DNA of 64,000 nucleotides from Escherichia coli (lineage in GTDB: Bacteria > Pseudomonadota > Gammaproteobacteria > Enterobacterales > Enterobacteriaceae), in the NCBI RefSeq assembly GCF_002854065.1, contig NZ_CP024147.1; one strand, given 5' to 3'. The position numbers and the translations under genes were made by a program. Shown here one piece after another: positions 46,041-56,567 of the stretch. The notes below the pieces were generated by a model. That model was not told where the DNA came from. It did no database searches and saw only the letters and a program-made list of their open reading frames with translations. Position 1 is the first letter of the stretch; every line of letters begins with the position of its first letter.

Positions 46041-46586
46041 ATGAAAACGATTGAAGTTGATGATGAACTCTACAGCTATATTGCCAGCCACACTAAGCAT
46101 ATCGGCGAGAGCGCATCCGACATTTTACGGCGTATGTTGAAATTTTCCGCCGCATCACAGCCTGCTGCTCCGGTGACGAAAGAGGTTCGCGTTGCGTCAC
46201 CTGCTATCGTCGAAGCGAAGCCGGTCAAAACGATTAAAGACAAGGTTCGCGCAATGCGTGAACTTCTGCTTTCGGATGAATACGCAGAGCAAAAGCGAGC
46301 GGTCAATCGCTTTATGCTGCTGTTGTCTACACTATATTCTCTTGACGCCCAGGCGTTTGCCGAAGCAACGGAATCGTTGCACGGTCGTACGCGCGTTTAC
46401 TTTGCGGCAGATGAACAAACGCTGCTGAAAAATGGTAATCAGACCAAGCCGAAACATGTGCCAGGCACGCCGTATTGGGTGATCACCAACACCAACACCG
46501 GCCGTAAATGCAGCATGATCGAACACATCATGCAGTCGATGCAATTCCCGGCGGAATTGATTGAGAAGGTTTGCGGAACTATCTAA
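46041..46586 (+). CDS. seqA: Replication-initiation negative regulator SeqA
   Basis: Start set at [22 protein letters not shown] (181 aa); the ORF track extends 45 codons upstream. Confidence 0.9.
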
Positions 46587-46611
46587 AACGTTGCAGACAA
46601 AGGACAAAGCA

Positions 46612-48252
46612 ATGGCAATCCACAATCGTGCAGGCCAACCTGCACAACAGAGTGATTTGATTAACGTCGCCCAACTGACGGCGCAATATTATGTACTGAA
46701 ACCAGAAGCAGGGAATGCGGAGCACGCGGTGAAATTCGGTACTTCCGGTCACCGTGGCAGTGCAGCGCGCCACAGCTTTAACGAGCCGCACATTCTGGCG
46801 ATCGCTCAGGCAATTGCTGAAGAACGTGCGAAAAACGGCATCACTGGCCCTTGCTATGTGGGTAAAGATACTCACGCCCTGTCCGAACCTGCATTTATTT
46901 CCGTTCTGGAAGTGCTGGCAGCGAACGGCGTAGATGTTATTGTGCAGGAAAACAATGGCTTCACTCCGACGCCTGCTGTTTCCAATGCCATCCTGGTTCA
47001 CAATAAAAAAGGTGGCCCGCTGGCAGACGGTATCGTGATTACACCGTCCCATAACCCGCCGGAAGATGGTGGAATCAAATACAATCCGCCAAATGGTGGC
47101 CCGGCAGATACCAACGTCACTAAAGTGGTGGAAGATCGTGCCAACGCACTGCTGGCCGATGGCCTGAAAGGCGTGAAGCGTATCTCCCTCGACGAAGCGA
47201 TGGCATCCGGTCATGTGAAAGAGCAGGATCTGGTGCAGCCGTTCGTGGAAGGGCTGGCCGATATCGTTGATATGGCGGCGATTCAGAAAGCGGGCCTGAC
47301 GCTTGGCGTTGATCCGCTGGGCGGTTCCGGTATCGAATACTGGAAGCGTATTGGCGAGTATTACAACCTCAACCTGACTATCGTTAACGATCAGGTCGAT
47401 CAAACCTTCCGCTTTATGCACCTTGATAAAGACGGCGCGATCCGTATGGACTGCTCCTCTGAGTGTGCGATGGCGGGCCTGCTGGCACTGCGTGATAAGT
47501 TCGATCTGGCGTTTGCTAACGACCCGGATTATGACCGTCACGGTATCGTCACTCCGGCAGGTTTGATGAATCCGAACCACTACCTGGCGGTAGCGATCAA
47601 TTACCTGTTCCAGCATCGTCCGCAGTGGGGCAAAGATGTTGCCGTTGGGAAAACGCTGGTTTCATCTGCGATGATCGACCGTGTGGTCAACGACTTGGGC
47701 CGTAAACTGGTAGAAGTCCCGGTAGGTTTCAAATGGTTTGTTGATGGTCTGTTCGACGGCAGCTTCGGCTTTGGCGGCGAAGAGAGCGCAGGGGCTTCCT
47801 TCCTGCGTTTCGACGGCACGCCGTGGTCCACCGACAAAGACGGCATCATCATGTGTCTGCTGGCGGCGGAAATCACCGCTGTCACCGGTAAGAACCCGCA
47901 GGAACACTACAACGAACTGGCAAAACGCTTTGGTGCGCCGAGCTACAACCGTTTGCAGGCAGCTGCGACTTCCGCACAAAAAGCGGCGCTGTCTAAGCTG
48001 TCTCCGGAAATGGTGAGCGCCAGCACCCTGGCAGGTGACCCTATCACCGCGCGCCTGACTGCTGCTCCGGGCAACGGTGCTTCTATTGGCGGTCTGAAAG
48101 TGATGACTGACAACGGCTGGTTCGCCGCGCGTCCGTCAGGCACGGAAGACGCATATAAGATCTACTGCGAAAGCTTCCTCGGTGAAGAACATCGCAAGCA
48201 GATTGAGAAAGAAGCGGTTGAGATTGTTAGCGAAGTTCTGAAAAACGCGTAA
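46612..48252 (+). CDS. pgm: Phosphoglucomutase
   Basis: Phosphoserine loop [11 protein letters not shown]; start set at [10 protein letters not shown] (546 aa). Confidence 0.94.
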
Positions 48253-48263
48253 ACACATTAAAT

Positions 48264-48297
48264 AAAAAAAGGGCGGTCGCAAGATCGCCCTTTTTTA
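48264..48297. terminator. Bidirectional intrinsic terminator between pgm and potE
   Basis: A7 - gggcggtcgc-aa-gatcgccc - T6 structure. Confidence 0.75.
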
Positions 48298-48307
48298 CTT
48301 TGCTTTT

Positions 48308-49627
48308 TTAACCGTGTTTATTTTTCAGTTCAAAGCGTGGTGATACCAGACCATACAGTGTCCAACCAAGGAAGGTCACGATGGAACCGTACAGCATGGC
48401 TTCTTCCCCGGATGAGTACAGCGCATAAAAGCTGTACATCGCGCCAACAAAAGCAACAAAGTTTGCAACTTTCGCTTTTGAGGGGGGCACATTAGCGACC
48501 TTCTGAATAATGACTAATGCCGCCATTGACAGAATATACGGAATGATATTGGTCACCACGGCCAGGTTAACCAGCACGTTGAACTGACTGTTTAGCGACG
48601 GGCTAATCGTCATCAGCGCCAACCCGCTCTGGATAATCACAATGGTCAACATTCCCTGCACCGGTGCATCCACTTTGGTTACACGGGAGAAAATTTTAGG
48701 GAAGTAGCCTTCATCAGATGAAGATTTAAACACCTGGGCAATGGTGAACTGCCAGCCAAGCAGCGAACCGCAGCAGGACATCACCATCAGCGCCATAATG
48801 ACTTTACCCACTTCCGGCGTGAACATCTGCGCGAAGGCCAGACCAAATGGTGCCGTTGAATTTGCCAGCTCCATATTTGGCACAATCCCGGCAATCACGT
48901 TGGTGGAGACGATATAAATCACCGCCGCACCTAACGTACCGCCGAGTACCGCGATTGGCACATTACGTTCCGGGTTTTCCACTACATCAGTATTTGCACA
49001 CGCAGACTCCAGACCAAGAAAAGCCCACAGCGTCATAGCGATGGAAGAACCTACCGCACTGAAGAACGGTGCATGATGCGGATTCCAGGAATCAACGTAC
49101 AGCGTCGGGCTAAACCAGAACCAGCCAATAATGCACAGACCGACGACCGGAATAATGACTCCCCACACAGTAATGCTACTGATTTGCCCGGTAATGCGCG
49201 CACCACCAAAGTTAGCCACGGTACAAATCCACAGCACCCCGATGGTCGCAAGACCAATCTGCACTGGCGACAAACTCGCGCCGAGCAGTTCGGTGCCGTA
49301 ACCAACCGCCGAAATAGCAATCGCGACGTTAGCAATCAGCAGTGAGACGCCGTAGGTATAGTTCGCCATAAAGTTACCGGATTTACCGAAAGCATACTCG
49401 GCATAACCGCCCATACCTCCTGATTTACGGCTGAACATACCGCATTTTGCGAATGCCCATGCCAGTGCCATTGAGCCTACGGCTGTCACCAGCCAGGAGA
49501 TAATTGAGATTGTCCCAACTTCGGCAAGCTTTGTCGGCAGCATGATGATACCGGAGCCCATCATGTTGACCATCGTCAGTATGGTTAACTGAACGACGCC
49601 CATTTTGTTCGATTTAGCCTGACTCAT
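48308..49627 (-). CDS. potE: Putrescine-ornithine antiporter (APC family)
   Basis: 439-aa 12-TM ORF overlapping the speF stop. Confidence 0.93.
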   Translation of the reverse strand: MSQAKSNKMGVVQLTILTMVNMMGSGIIMLPTKLAEVGTISIISWLVTAVGSMALAWAFAKCGMFSRKSGGMGGYAEYAFGKSGNFMANYTYGVSLLIANVAIAISAVGYGTELLGASLSPVQIGLATIGVLWICTVANFGGARITGQISSITVWGVIIPVVGLCIIGWFWFSPTLYVDSWNPHHAPFFSAVGSSIAMTLWAFLGLESACANTDVVENPERNVPIAVLGGTLGAAVIYIVSTNVIAGIVPNMELANSTAPFGLAFAQMFTPEVGKVIMALMVMSCCGSLLGWQFTIAQVFKSSSDEGYFPKIFSRVTKVDAPVQGMLTIVIIQSGLALMTISPSLNSQFNVLVNLAVVTNIIPYILSMAALVIIQKVANVPPSKAKVANFVAFVGAMYSFYALYSSGEEAMLYGSIVTFLGWTLYGLVSPRFELKNKHG

Positions 49628-51822
49628 AATTTTTCCCCTTTCAGCAGGGTGCTTTGCGCATCACGAGGCTTGATGACATAGCACCAAACTTGCTTACGAC
49701 CATCATGTTCTTCGATATAGACACCCTGCAGCTCCGGTGCAAAACCTGGCAGCAGGTTGATCCCTTCTTCCAGAGCGCTGAAGTAACGCAGAACAGCACC
49801 ACCCCAGATTTCACCCGGAACAACACACAGCACACCCGGAGGATAAGGAAGCGCACCTTCGGCAGCGATACGGCCTTCAGCATCCGGCAGACGAACCAGT
49901 TCCACTTCACCGCGTAAATAGGCGTAGTTGGCTTCTTGCGGATTCATGCTGACGCGTGGGAAGTGCTCCTTACGGAACATCTCTTTTTGCAGTTGTTTCA
50001 CGTTGTGGCGGGCATACAAATCATGCATTTCCTGACACAACTGACGCAGGGTATAACCGGCGTAGCGCTCTTCATGCTGTTTGTAGATGGAAGGTAGCAC
50101 TTCTGCTAATGGCGCGTCGGACTCAAGCAGTTTTTCGAAGCGTACCAGCAGGGCAACAAGTTGCTGAAGTTTGGCCATATCTTCTGCCGGAGTCAGCAGG
50201 AAGAGGATGGAGTTAAGATCGCATTTTTCCGGCACTACGCCATTTTCGCGCAGGAAGTTAGCAAGAATCGTCGCGGGTACACCGAACGCTTCATATTCGC
50301 CGTTACGTGCATCAATACCTGGGGTTGTCAGCAACAGTTTGCATGGATCGACAAAGTATTGATTCTCTGCATAGCCTTCAAAAGAATGCCAGTGTTCCCC
50401 TGGTACAAACTGGAAGAAGCGCAGATCAACCGCAATTTGCGCTGTTTCATACGACTGCCAGGGTTTACCATCCACCAGTTCAGGTATGAACGGACGAATA
50501 TGCTGACAGTTATCGAGGATCAGTTTGCGGGCATTAATGCCATTTACCACACAATCCATCCACATATTACGACCGCTGACACCTTCATGCATTTTGGCGT
50601 TGATATCCAGTGCGGCAAACAGCGGATAGAACGGGCTGGTGGAGGCATGCATCATAAAGGCGTTGTTCATGCGTTTGTGCGGTACATAACGCTGTTGCCC
50701 TTTGATGTGGCTGTCTTTTTTATGGATTTGTGAAGTTTGAGAAAAACCAGCCTGCTGTTTATGTACGGATTGCGTAACCAGAATACCCGGATCGTTCTCA
50801 TTAAGATCCAGCAACAGCGGCGAACAGTCAGCCATCATCGGAATAAACTGTTCATAGCCGACCCATGCGGAATCAAACAGGATGTAGTCACACAGATGAC
50901 CAATTTTATCCACCACCTGGCGGGCGTTATAAATCGTACCGTCGTAGGTGCCTAGCTGAATCACAGCGAGGCGGAACGGACGCGCCTCTTTTGCCCGTTG
51001 CGGTGCAACTTCTGTAATCAGTTCACGCAGATAACTTTCTTCGAAGCAGTGCGCATCAATACCACCGATAAAACCATACGGGTTACGTGCTGTTTCCAGA
51101 TAAACCGGTGTTGCACCAGCCTGTAGCAAGGCCCCGTGGTGGTTAGACTTATGGTTATTGCGGTCAAATAGCACCAGATCACCCGGTGTCAGCAGGGCGT
51201 TTAAAACCACTTTGTTAGAAGATGAAGTACCATTTAAAACGAAGTAGGTTTTATCGGCATTAAACACTTTTGCTGCATGTTGCTGTGCAATGCATGGCGC
51301 GCCTTCGTGAATCAGCAGATCGCCCATCGCGACGTCGGCGTTGCACAAGTCGGCACGGAACAGCGCCTCACCAAAGTATTCCACAAACTGATTCCCCGCC
51401 GGATGGCGACGGAAAAATTCGCCGCCCTGATGACCGGGGCAGTCAAATGCGCTGTTGCCCTGATTGACATAATCGACCAGTGCGCGAAAGAAAGGTGGGC
51501 GCAGTTGAGTTTCATAATGGCTGGCAGCGGTTTCTAACTGACGACCATAAAATTCTTTGCGTGCTTCTCCATGTTCGAAGACACCAGAAATACGTGAAAG
51601 ATATTCTGCTGGTATACGTTCTTCATTTTCCGTTGCAATAAAAACAGGAATGTCATAGCCAGTAGCGTCTATTTCATCGAGTTTTCCACGTTCAACATCA
51701 CTGACTGATAAAATAATGGCGGCAACGTCAATATAATTACTTTCGTCTATATTCACGCATGCACGATGAGTGGAAAAACAATCCGGGCAAGAACGACTAA
51801 CGGCAATTTTTAATTCTGACAT
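49624..51822 (-). CDS. speF: Inducible ornithine decarboxylase (PLP-dependent, fold I)
   Basis: About 732-aa ORF of the Orn/Lys/Arg decarboxylase family. Start ambiguous between ATG at 51831 (MNKMSELK) and 51822 (MSELKIAV). Confidence 0.92.
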   Translation of the reverse strand: MSELKIAVSRSCPDCFSTHRACVNIDESNYIDVAAIILSVSDVERGKLDEIDATGYDIPVFIATENEERIPAEYLSRISGVFEHGEARKEFYGRQLETAASHYETQLRPPFFRALVDYVNQGNSAFDCPGHQGGEFFRRHPAGNQFVEYFGEALFRADLCNADVAMGDLLIHEGAPCIAQQHAAKVFNADKTYFVLNGTSSSNKVVLNALLTPGDLVLFDRNNHKSNHHGALLQAGATPVYLETARNPYGFIGGIDAHCFEESYLRELITEVAPQRAKEARPFRLAVIQLGTYDGTIYNARQVVDKIGHLCDYILFDSAWVGYEQFIPMMADCSPLLLDLNENDPGILVTQSVHKQQAGFSQTSQIHKKDSHIKGQQRYVPHKRMNNAFMMHASTSPFYPLFAALDINAKMHEGVSGRNMWMDCVVNGINARKLILDNCQHIRPFIPELVDGKPWQSYETAQIAVDLRFFQFVPGEHWHSFEGYAENQYFVDPCKLLLTTPGIDARNGEYEAFGVPATILANFLRENGVVPEKCDLNSILFLLTPAEDMAKLQQLVALLVRFEKLLESDAPLAEVLPSIYKQHEERYAGYTLRQLCQEMHDLYARHNVKQLQKEMFRKEHFPRVSMNPQEANYAYLRGEVELVRLPDAEGRIAAEGALPYPPGVLCVVPGEIWGGAVLRYFSALEEGINLLPGFAPELQGVYIEEHDGRKQVWCYVIKPRDAQSTLLKGEKL

Positions 51823-51976
51823 TTTGTTCATCTCTTTATTTCAGGTAATAGCAGGTCCTCAATTTCTCAAAGGAGAAATCGATCACGCCGGAAAAAAGCA
51901 AAGCTCCACCGCTGATAAATAAATCAGTAGTTTGCTTTTTGCAGATGCAATAACCCAGACCAGCCCGGTAACTGGC

Positions 51977-52150
51977 TATACTCGTCATACTTCAAGTTGC
52001 ATGTGCTGCGTCTGCGTTCGCTCACCCCAGTCACTTACTCATGTAAGCTCCTGGGGATTCACTCGCTTGTCGCCTTCCTGCAACTCGAATTATTTAGAGT
52101 ATATACTCGTCATACTTCAAGTTGCATATGCTGCGACTCGAATTATGTAG
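51977..52150. repeat. ERIC/IRU-type repeat plus a truncated tandem second copy
   Basis: Core cgctcaccccagtcacttact / atgtaagctcctggggattcac (52019-52062) matches the ERIC consensus; 34-bp segment tatactcgtcatacttcaagttgcatRtgctgcg occurs twice (51977-52010 and 52103-52136), the second joined directly to the element's right-end motif actcgaattat. Confidence 0.7.
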
Positions 52151-52256
52151 AGTTTAAAAGGGTTAGCAGTATATGAGCACCGAGGGATACAGGTATTAAC
52201 CTGTAATGCTTAAAGTCAGGGAGACCTGTACGCTGGGGTGCCCTTTAGTCAGAAGA

Positions 52257-52361
52257 CTAGCGGGCATTAAAGAAATGAAAGTCAAAACTATTACGATGGG
52301 CAAACTTCATGATATGGGTTGTCCGCCTTATATGAGGCATTAAGCGGTTATTATTTTCCAT
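52257..52361 (-). CDS. speFL: speF leader arrest peptide SpeFL (34 codons)
   Basis: Minus-strand ORF MENNNRLMPHIRRTTHIMKFAHRNSFDFHFFNAR, upstream of speF; matches the described ornithine-sensing arrest peptide. Confidence 0.8.
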   Translation of the reverse strand: MENNNRLMPHIRRTTHIMKFAHRNSFDFHFFNAR

Positions 52362-52635
52362 TTACCTTTACCTCTTGCTGTGTCAGTTGAAGGTAGAGTT
52401 ATTCTATCCATGAAATGGCTATAATCTGTGAAGAAGATCAACAAAAAACGATCATACCCCAGATAATAAATCATTAATTATGAATAGCGCCATACTAGAT
52501 GCTGTTTTGTTACTTAAATGTTGTAATTTCGTGTTTTATATTTGCGTTAAGAAATTAAACCTGCCAAATAATAATATTTGGCGCAGGTTTAATAATAAAT
52601 TAATCACTATTTAGGCGAATTTATTGAATAAAAAT

Positions 52636-53313
52636 TCAAAGCATAAACCGATAACCAATCCCAGTTTCAGTAATAAAATGGCGAGGCCGGGCCGGGTCTT
52701 GCTCCAGTTTTTGTCGCAGATGCCCCATATAAATACGCAAATAATGACTGTGTTCGACCGCGTTTGGCCCCCACACCTGGTTAAGGAGTTGGCGCTGGGT
52801 GAGCACTTTCCCGGCATTATTCAGCAGCACCGCCAGCAGGCGGAATTCAATCGGCGTGAGATGCACCTCTTCCTCACCCCGGTGAATCACGCGGGCGGCT
52901 AAATCGACGGTAACATCGGAGAATTTCACCAGCGGATCGGGCGCGGTGGTGACAGAGTGGCGGCGTAATGCGACGCGCAGACGGGCCTGCAATTCGCCAA
53001 TGCCAAACGGCTTACTCAGATAATCATCCGCTCCGGCATCCAGCGCGGCGATTTTGTCGCTCTCTTCGCTGCGTGCGGAAAGCACAATCACCGGCACCGC
53101 GCTCCACTGGCGCAGGTCGCGGATAAACTCAATCCCATCACCATCGGGCAGGCCGAGATCGAGAATAATCAAATCTGGCTTACGGGTTGCCGCTTCCAGC
53201 AAGCCGCGTTGCAGCGTTTCGGCCTCAAAGACGCGCATCCCGTCGCCCTCCAGCGCCGTGCGCAGAAAGCGACGAATAGCCTGTTCATCTTCAACAATCA
53301 GAACGTTTGTCAC
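52636..53313 (-). CDS. kdpE: Response regulator KdpE (OmpR family)
   Basis: 225-aa ORF with receiver domain and winged-helix output; overlaps kdpD stop. Confidence 0.94.
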   Translation of the reverse strand: MTNVLIVEDEQAIRRFLRTALEGDGMRVFEAETLQRGLLEAATRKPDLIILDLGLPDGDGIEFIRDLRQWSAVPVIVLSARSEESDKIAALDAGADDYLSKPFGIGELQARLRVALRRHSVTTAPDPLVKFSDVTVDLAARVIHRGEEEVHLTPIEFRLLAVLLNNAGKVLTQRQLLNQVWGPNAVEHSHYLRIYMGHLRQKLEQDPARPRHFITETGIGYRFML

Positions 53314-55994
53314 ATATCCTCATGAAATTCTTCAAGTTCAGGAGCGGTTTGCTGGGGAAGTGTAACACGAAAACAGGCACCACCTTCCGGTCGGTTGAAC
53401 GCGGTAATGGTGCCGCCGTGTACATCCACAATCGCCCGACAAATTGCCAGTCCAAGCCCTACCCCCGGTACTGCCGACTCTTTATTCCCGCGAGCAAACT
53501 TATCAAATATCGTCTGCTCCTGGCCTGGCGGAAGACCGGGGCCGTTATCCCAGACATCCAGTTGTAGATTTTCGCCCTCAACGTGGGCATCGATACCAAT
53601 TTCGGCCTGCGCACCCGCATATTTCACTGCGTTCTCCAGCAAATTAATCAGCACCCGTTCAAAGAGTGGCCCGTCAACGTGGATTAAGGTCAGCGGTTCT
53701 GGCAGAGAAAGATTGATGGGCGACGATAAACCCGGTTCCAGCATTTGCAGCGCGCTGCCGACTACTTCTTCCAGCGTTAACCACTCTTTCTTCAAATTAA
53801 AGCCGCCGGACTGAATTCGCGCCATATCCAGTAGATTATTCACCAGTCGGGTAGTGTTCAGCACATGCTGACGAATCTCGCTGGCCTGGCGGGCGTGGGG
53901 TGATCCTTCGCTTGCCAGATCGAGCGTTAAGATTTCTGCCTGACCAAACAGCACCGTAAGCGGAGTGCGTAAATCATGCGAAAGCGCCGCCAGCAGGGCG
54001 TTGCGGATCTGTTCACGTTCGCTTGCCATCCGCGCCTGTTCTTCGCTGGCGGTCAGCGTCAGCCGCTCAAGCGCATTGGCGACTAACAGCGTAAACGTCT
54101 CCAGCAGGCGCTGCTGTTCCGGGATCATCAACTGACGCAGATTCCCCGGTTCCACCACCACCAGCCCGTAGGTTTTCTCACCGCTTTTTAACGGCAAAAT
54201 CTGGTACGGCACGCCGGGTAACGTGTCGGTGCCCGCACCCGCAGGCAGGCCTTTATCAAAACTCCACTGCGCGATGGCATCGTCCCACGGCGTCATTCCT
54301 TGCGGATGTGTTAACGGCTGCAATTTACCGTTGTCATCGGGCAACAACACCTGACTGCGGGCATGAAACGTGGAGGCAATAAATTGTTCGCTGGTGGCGG
54401 CGATGTCCTGCGGACTGCGGCCCACAGCCAGAGCTTTCGACATTTCATATAAGTGCCGTGTGCGTTGTTCGCGGTAACGGGCTACCCGCGCCTGATAACG
54501 CACGCCAGCAGTAAGGTTCCCGATCACCAGCCCGACGGTTAACATCACCGCGAAGGTCAGCAGATATTGCACATCAGAGACGGCGAGCGTGCCGCGTGGG
54601 GCGATAAAAAAGAGATCGAAACTCACCACATTAATGACGGTAGCAACCACCGAAGGCCAGCGTCCATAAAATAGCGCCACCACCACCACGCCAAGTAGAT
54701 ACAGCATCACCAGGTTGGCGGCATCAAACGCCATCAGCCACTGCATGGCAATTAAGGTGATAACGGCGCATAACGCGGCGGCAACCACGCATCCCTGAAT
54801 CTGTACCCGCCACTTGTCTTTAAAAGAGCGGCTATCCGGCGCGTTGTTAATCGTGCGGGCGGGTGGTTCATCAAGCGCGACCAGCACCTGATCGAGATCG
54901 GGGGCGATGCGCGCCAGTCGGTCAGCAAACGTTTCCCGACGCCACCAGCGGCGCGAGGCTGGGCGACCGAGAATAATCTTGCCGAGATTATGTTCACGGG
55001 CATAACGCACTACCGCTTTCTCTTCCGCTGGATCAGAAAGTGTTGCCGTCTCCGCGCCCAGCTCCTGCGCCAGACGTAAGGCGCTGAGAATTGCCCGACG
55101 TTTTTTCTCCGGTAAGCGATGCAGGGCAGGGGTTTCAACATACACCGCGTGCCAGACGCTACCCAGCCGCGCCGCCAGCCGCGCCGCCGCGCGGACCAGT
55201 TTCTCACTGCCGGTGTTATGCCCGATGCATAAAAGGATCGCGTCGCGCGTGTGCCAGACTTTCTCTTCGCCAGGATGCCCCCGCCAGGCGCGCATTTGCT
55301 CATCAACGCGATCGGCAGTACGGCGCAGTGCCAGTTCGCGCAGGGCGATCAGATTGCCTTTGCGGAAAAAATGTTCAATGGCGCGCTCCGCCTGCCCGGC
55401 AATATAGACTTTGCCTTCTTTCAGCCGCTGGCGCAGATCGTCCGGGGGCAAGTCCACCAGCACCACGTCGTCGGCGGCATCGAAAAAAGGATCGGGCACG
55501 GTTTCCCGTACCTGAATTCCGGTGACGCCGCTGACCACATCATTCAGACTTTCCAGATGCTGAACGTTGACGGTTGTGAAAACATCAATGCCAGCTTCTA
55601 GCAGTTCTTCGATATCCTGCCAGCGTTTAGGATGACGAGAACCTGGCGCATTACTGTGCGCCAGTTCGTCCATTAAGATCAGCGCCGGACGGCGGGCGAG
55701 GGCGGCATCGAGATCAAACTCGCTGATGTGCCGCCCACGGTACGCCAGGCGTTTTGGCGGCAGAACAGCCAGCCCTTCCAGCATGGCGGCGGTATCTTTC
55801 CGCCCGTGGGTTTCTACCACGCCAACCACAATATCCAGCCCTTGCGCCCGCAGTCGCTGGGCTTCTGCCAGCATCGCCCAGGTCTTCCCGACGCCTGCGC
55901 AGGCACCGAAGAAAACTTTCAGCTTCCCCCGATGCGGCGCGGCAGTTTGTTCCAGCAGACGATCGGGGTCGGGACGTAAGGGTTCGTTATTCAT
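53310..55994 (-). CDS. kdpD: Sensor histidine kinase KdpD
   Basis: Start set at [14 protein letters not shown] (894 aa); N-terminal KdpD domain with Walker-type GACAGVGKT, Usp domain, TM segments, HisKA (LSHDLRTPL) and HATPase. Confidence 0.94.
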   Translation of the reverse strand: MNNEPLRPDPDRLLEQTAAPHRGKLKVFFGACAGVGKTWAMLAEAQRLRAQGLDIVVGVVETHGRKDTAAMLEGLAVLPPKRLAYRGRHISEFDLDAALARRPALILMDELAHSNAPGSRHPKRWQDIEELLEAGIDVFTTVNVQHLESLNDVVSGVTGIQVRETVPDPFFDAADDVVLVDLPPDDLRQRLKEGKVYIAGQAERAIEHFFRKGNLIALRELALRRTADRVDEQMRAWRGHPGEEKVWHTRDAILLCIGHNTGSEKLVRAAARLAARLGSVWHAVYVETPALHRLPEKKRRAILSALRLAQELGAETATLSDPAEEKAVVRYAREHNLGKIILGRPASRRWWRRETFADRLARIAPDLDQVLVALDEPPARTINNAPDSRSFKDKWRVQIQGCVVAAALCAVITLIAMQWLMAFDAANLVMLYLLGVVVVALFYGRWPSVVATVINVVSFDLFFIAPRGTLAVSDVQYLLTFAVMLTVGLVIGNLTAGVRYQARVARYREQRTRHLYEMSKALAVGRSPQDIAATSEQFIASTFHARSQVLLPDDNGKLQPLTHPQGMTPWDDAIAQWSFDKGLPAGAGTDTLPGVPYQILPLKSGEKTYGLVVVEPGNLRQLMIPEQQRLLETFTLLVANALERLTLTASEEQARMASEREQIRNALLAALSHDLRTPLTVLFGQAEILTLDLASEGSPHARQASEIRQHVLNTTRLVNNLLDMARIQSGGFNLKKEWLTLEEVVGSALQMLEPGLSSPINLSLPEPLTLIHVDGPLFERVLINLLENAVKYAGAQAEIGIDAHVEGENLQLDVWDNGPGLPPGQEQTIFDKFARGNKESAVPGVGLGLAICRAIVDVHGGTITAFNRPEGGACFRVTLPQQTAPELEEFHEDM

Positions 55995-56559
55995 CAAGTT
56001 TATCCAGCGCCAGATTGAGTTCGACAATGTTGACGACCGGCTGGCCGATATATTTCACCAGTGGTTGTTGGCTGTATTTTGCGATCAGTTGCGTGAGCTG
56101 TTCAACGCTGAGATTACGCGCTTTCGCTACGCGTGGGATCTGCCAGGCAGCCGCTTGCGGGGTGATGTTATTGTCCAGCCCGCTTGCCGACGCCGTCACC
56201 AGTTCAACCGGAACGTTCGCGCTGGCATCCGGGTTAGTGGCCCGTAATGCAGCAACGCGTGCGGCTATTAGTTTATCCAGCTCAGGGTTACTGACCGCCA
56301 GGTTGCTCCCGCCAGAAGCCTGTGGATTATAGGGCATTTCTGCCGTTGCCGACGGGCGACCATGAAAATAGCCGTTGCCGGTAAAATTCTGCCCGATTAA
56401 TGCCGAACCGCGCACCGTATCACCTTCACGAATCAACGAACCATTGGCCTGCCAGGGAAACCACCATTGCCCCAGCACGGTGGTCAGCAGCGGGTAAACG
56501 CCGCCAGTAATCAATAACAGAAAGATAAATGTCGATAATGCCGGACGTAATCCACTCAT
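55987..56559 (-). CDS. kdpC: K+-transporting ATPase subunit KdpC
   Basis: Start set at [16 protein letters not shown] (190 aa). Confidence 0.92.
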   Translation of the reverse strand: MSGLRPALSTFIFLLLITGGVYPLLTTVLGQWWFPWQANGSLIREGDTVRGSALIGQNFTGNGYFHGRPSATAEMPYNPQASGGSNLAVSNPELDKLIAARVAALRATNPDASANVPVELVTASASGLDNNITPQAAAWQIPRVAKARNLSVEQLTQLIAKYSQQPLVKYIGQPVVNIVELNLALDKLDE

Positions 56560-56567
56560 GGTAAACC

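Noticed and set aside
46579-47616. 345-aa minus-strand ORF
   Set aside because: Antisense to pgm, whose phosphoserine loop and length fit the plus-strand gene.
51977-52150. ERIC repeat as an insertion sequence or MITE with transposase
   Set aside because: No coding capacity and no terminal inverted repeats with target-site duplication of IS type; treated as a non-autonomous intergenic repeat.
52557-52594. Imperfect hairpin downstream of kdpE, a possible terminator
   Set aside because: Stem has a bulge and no T-run follows on either strand; not confident enough to annotate.
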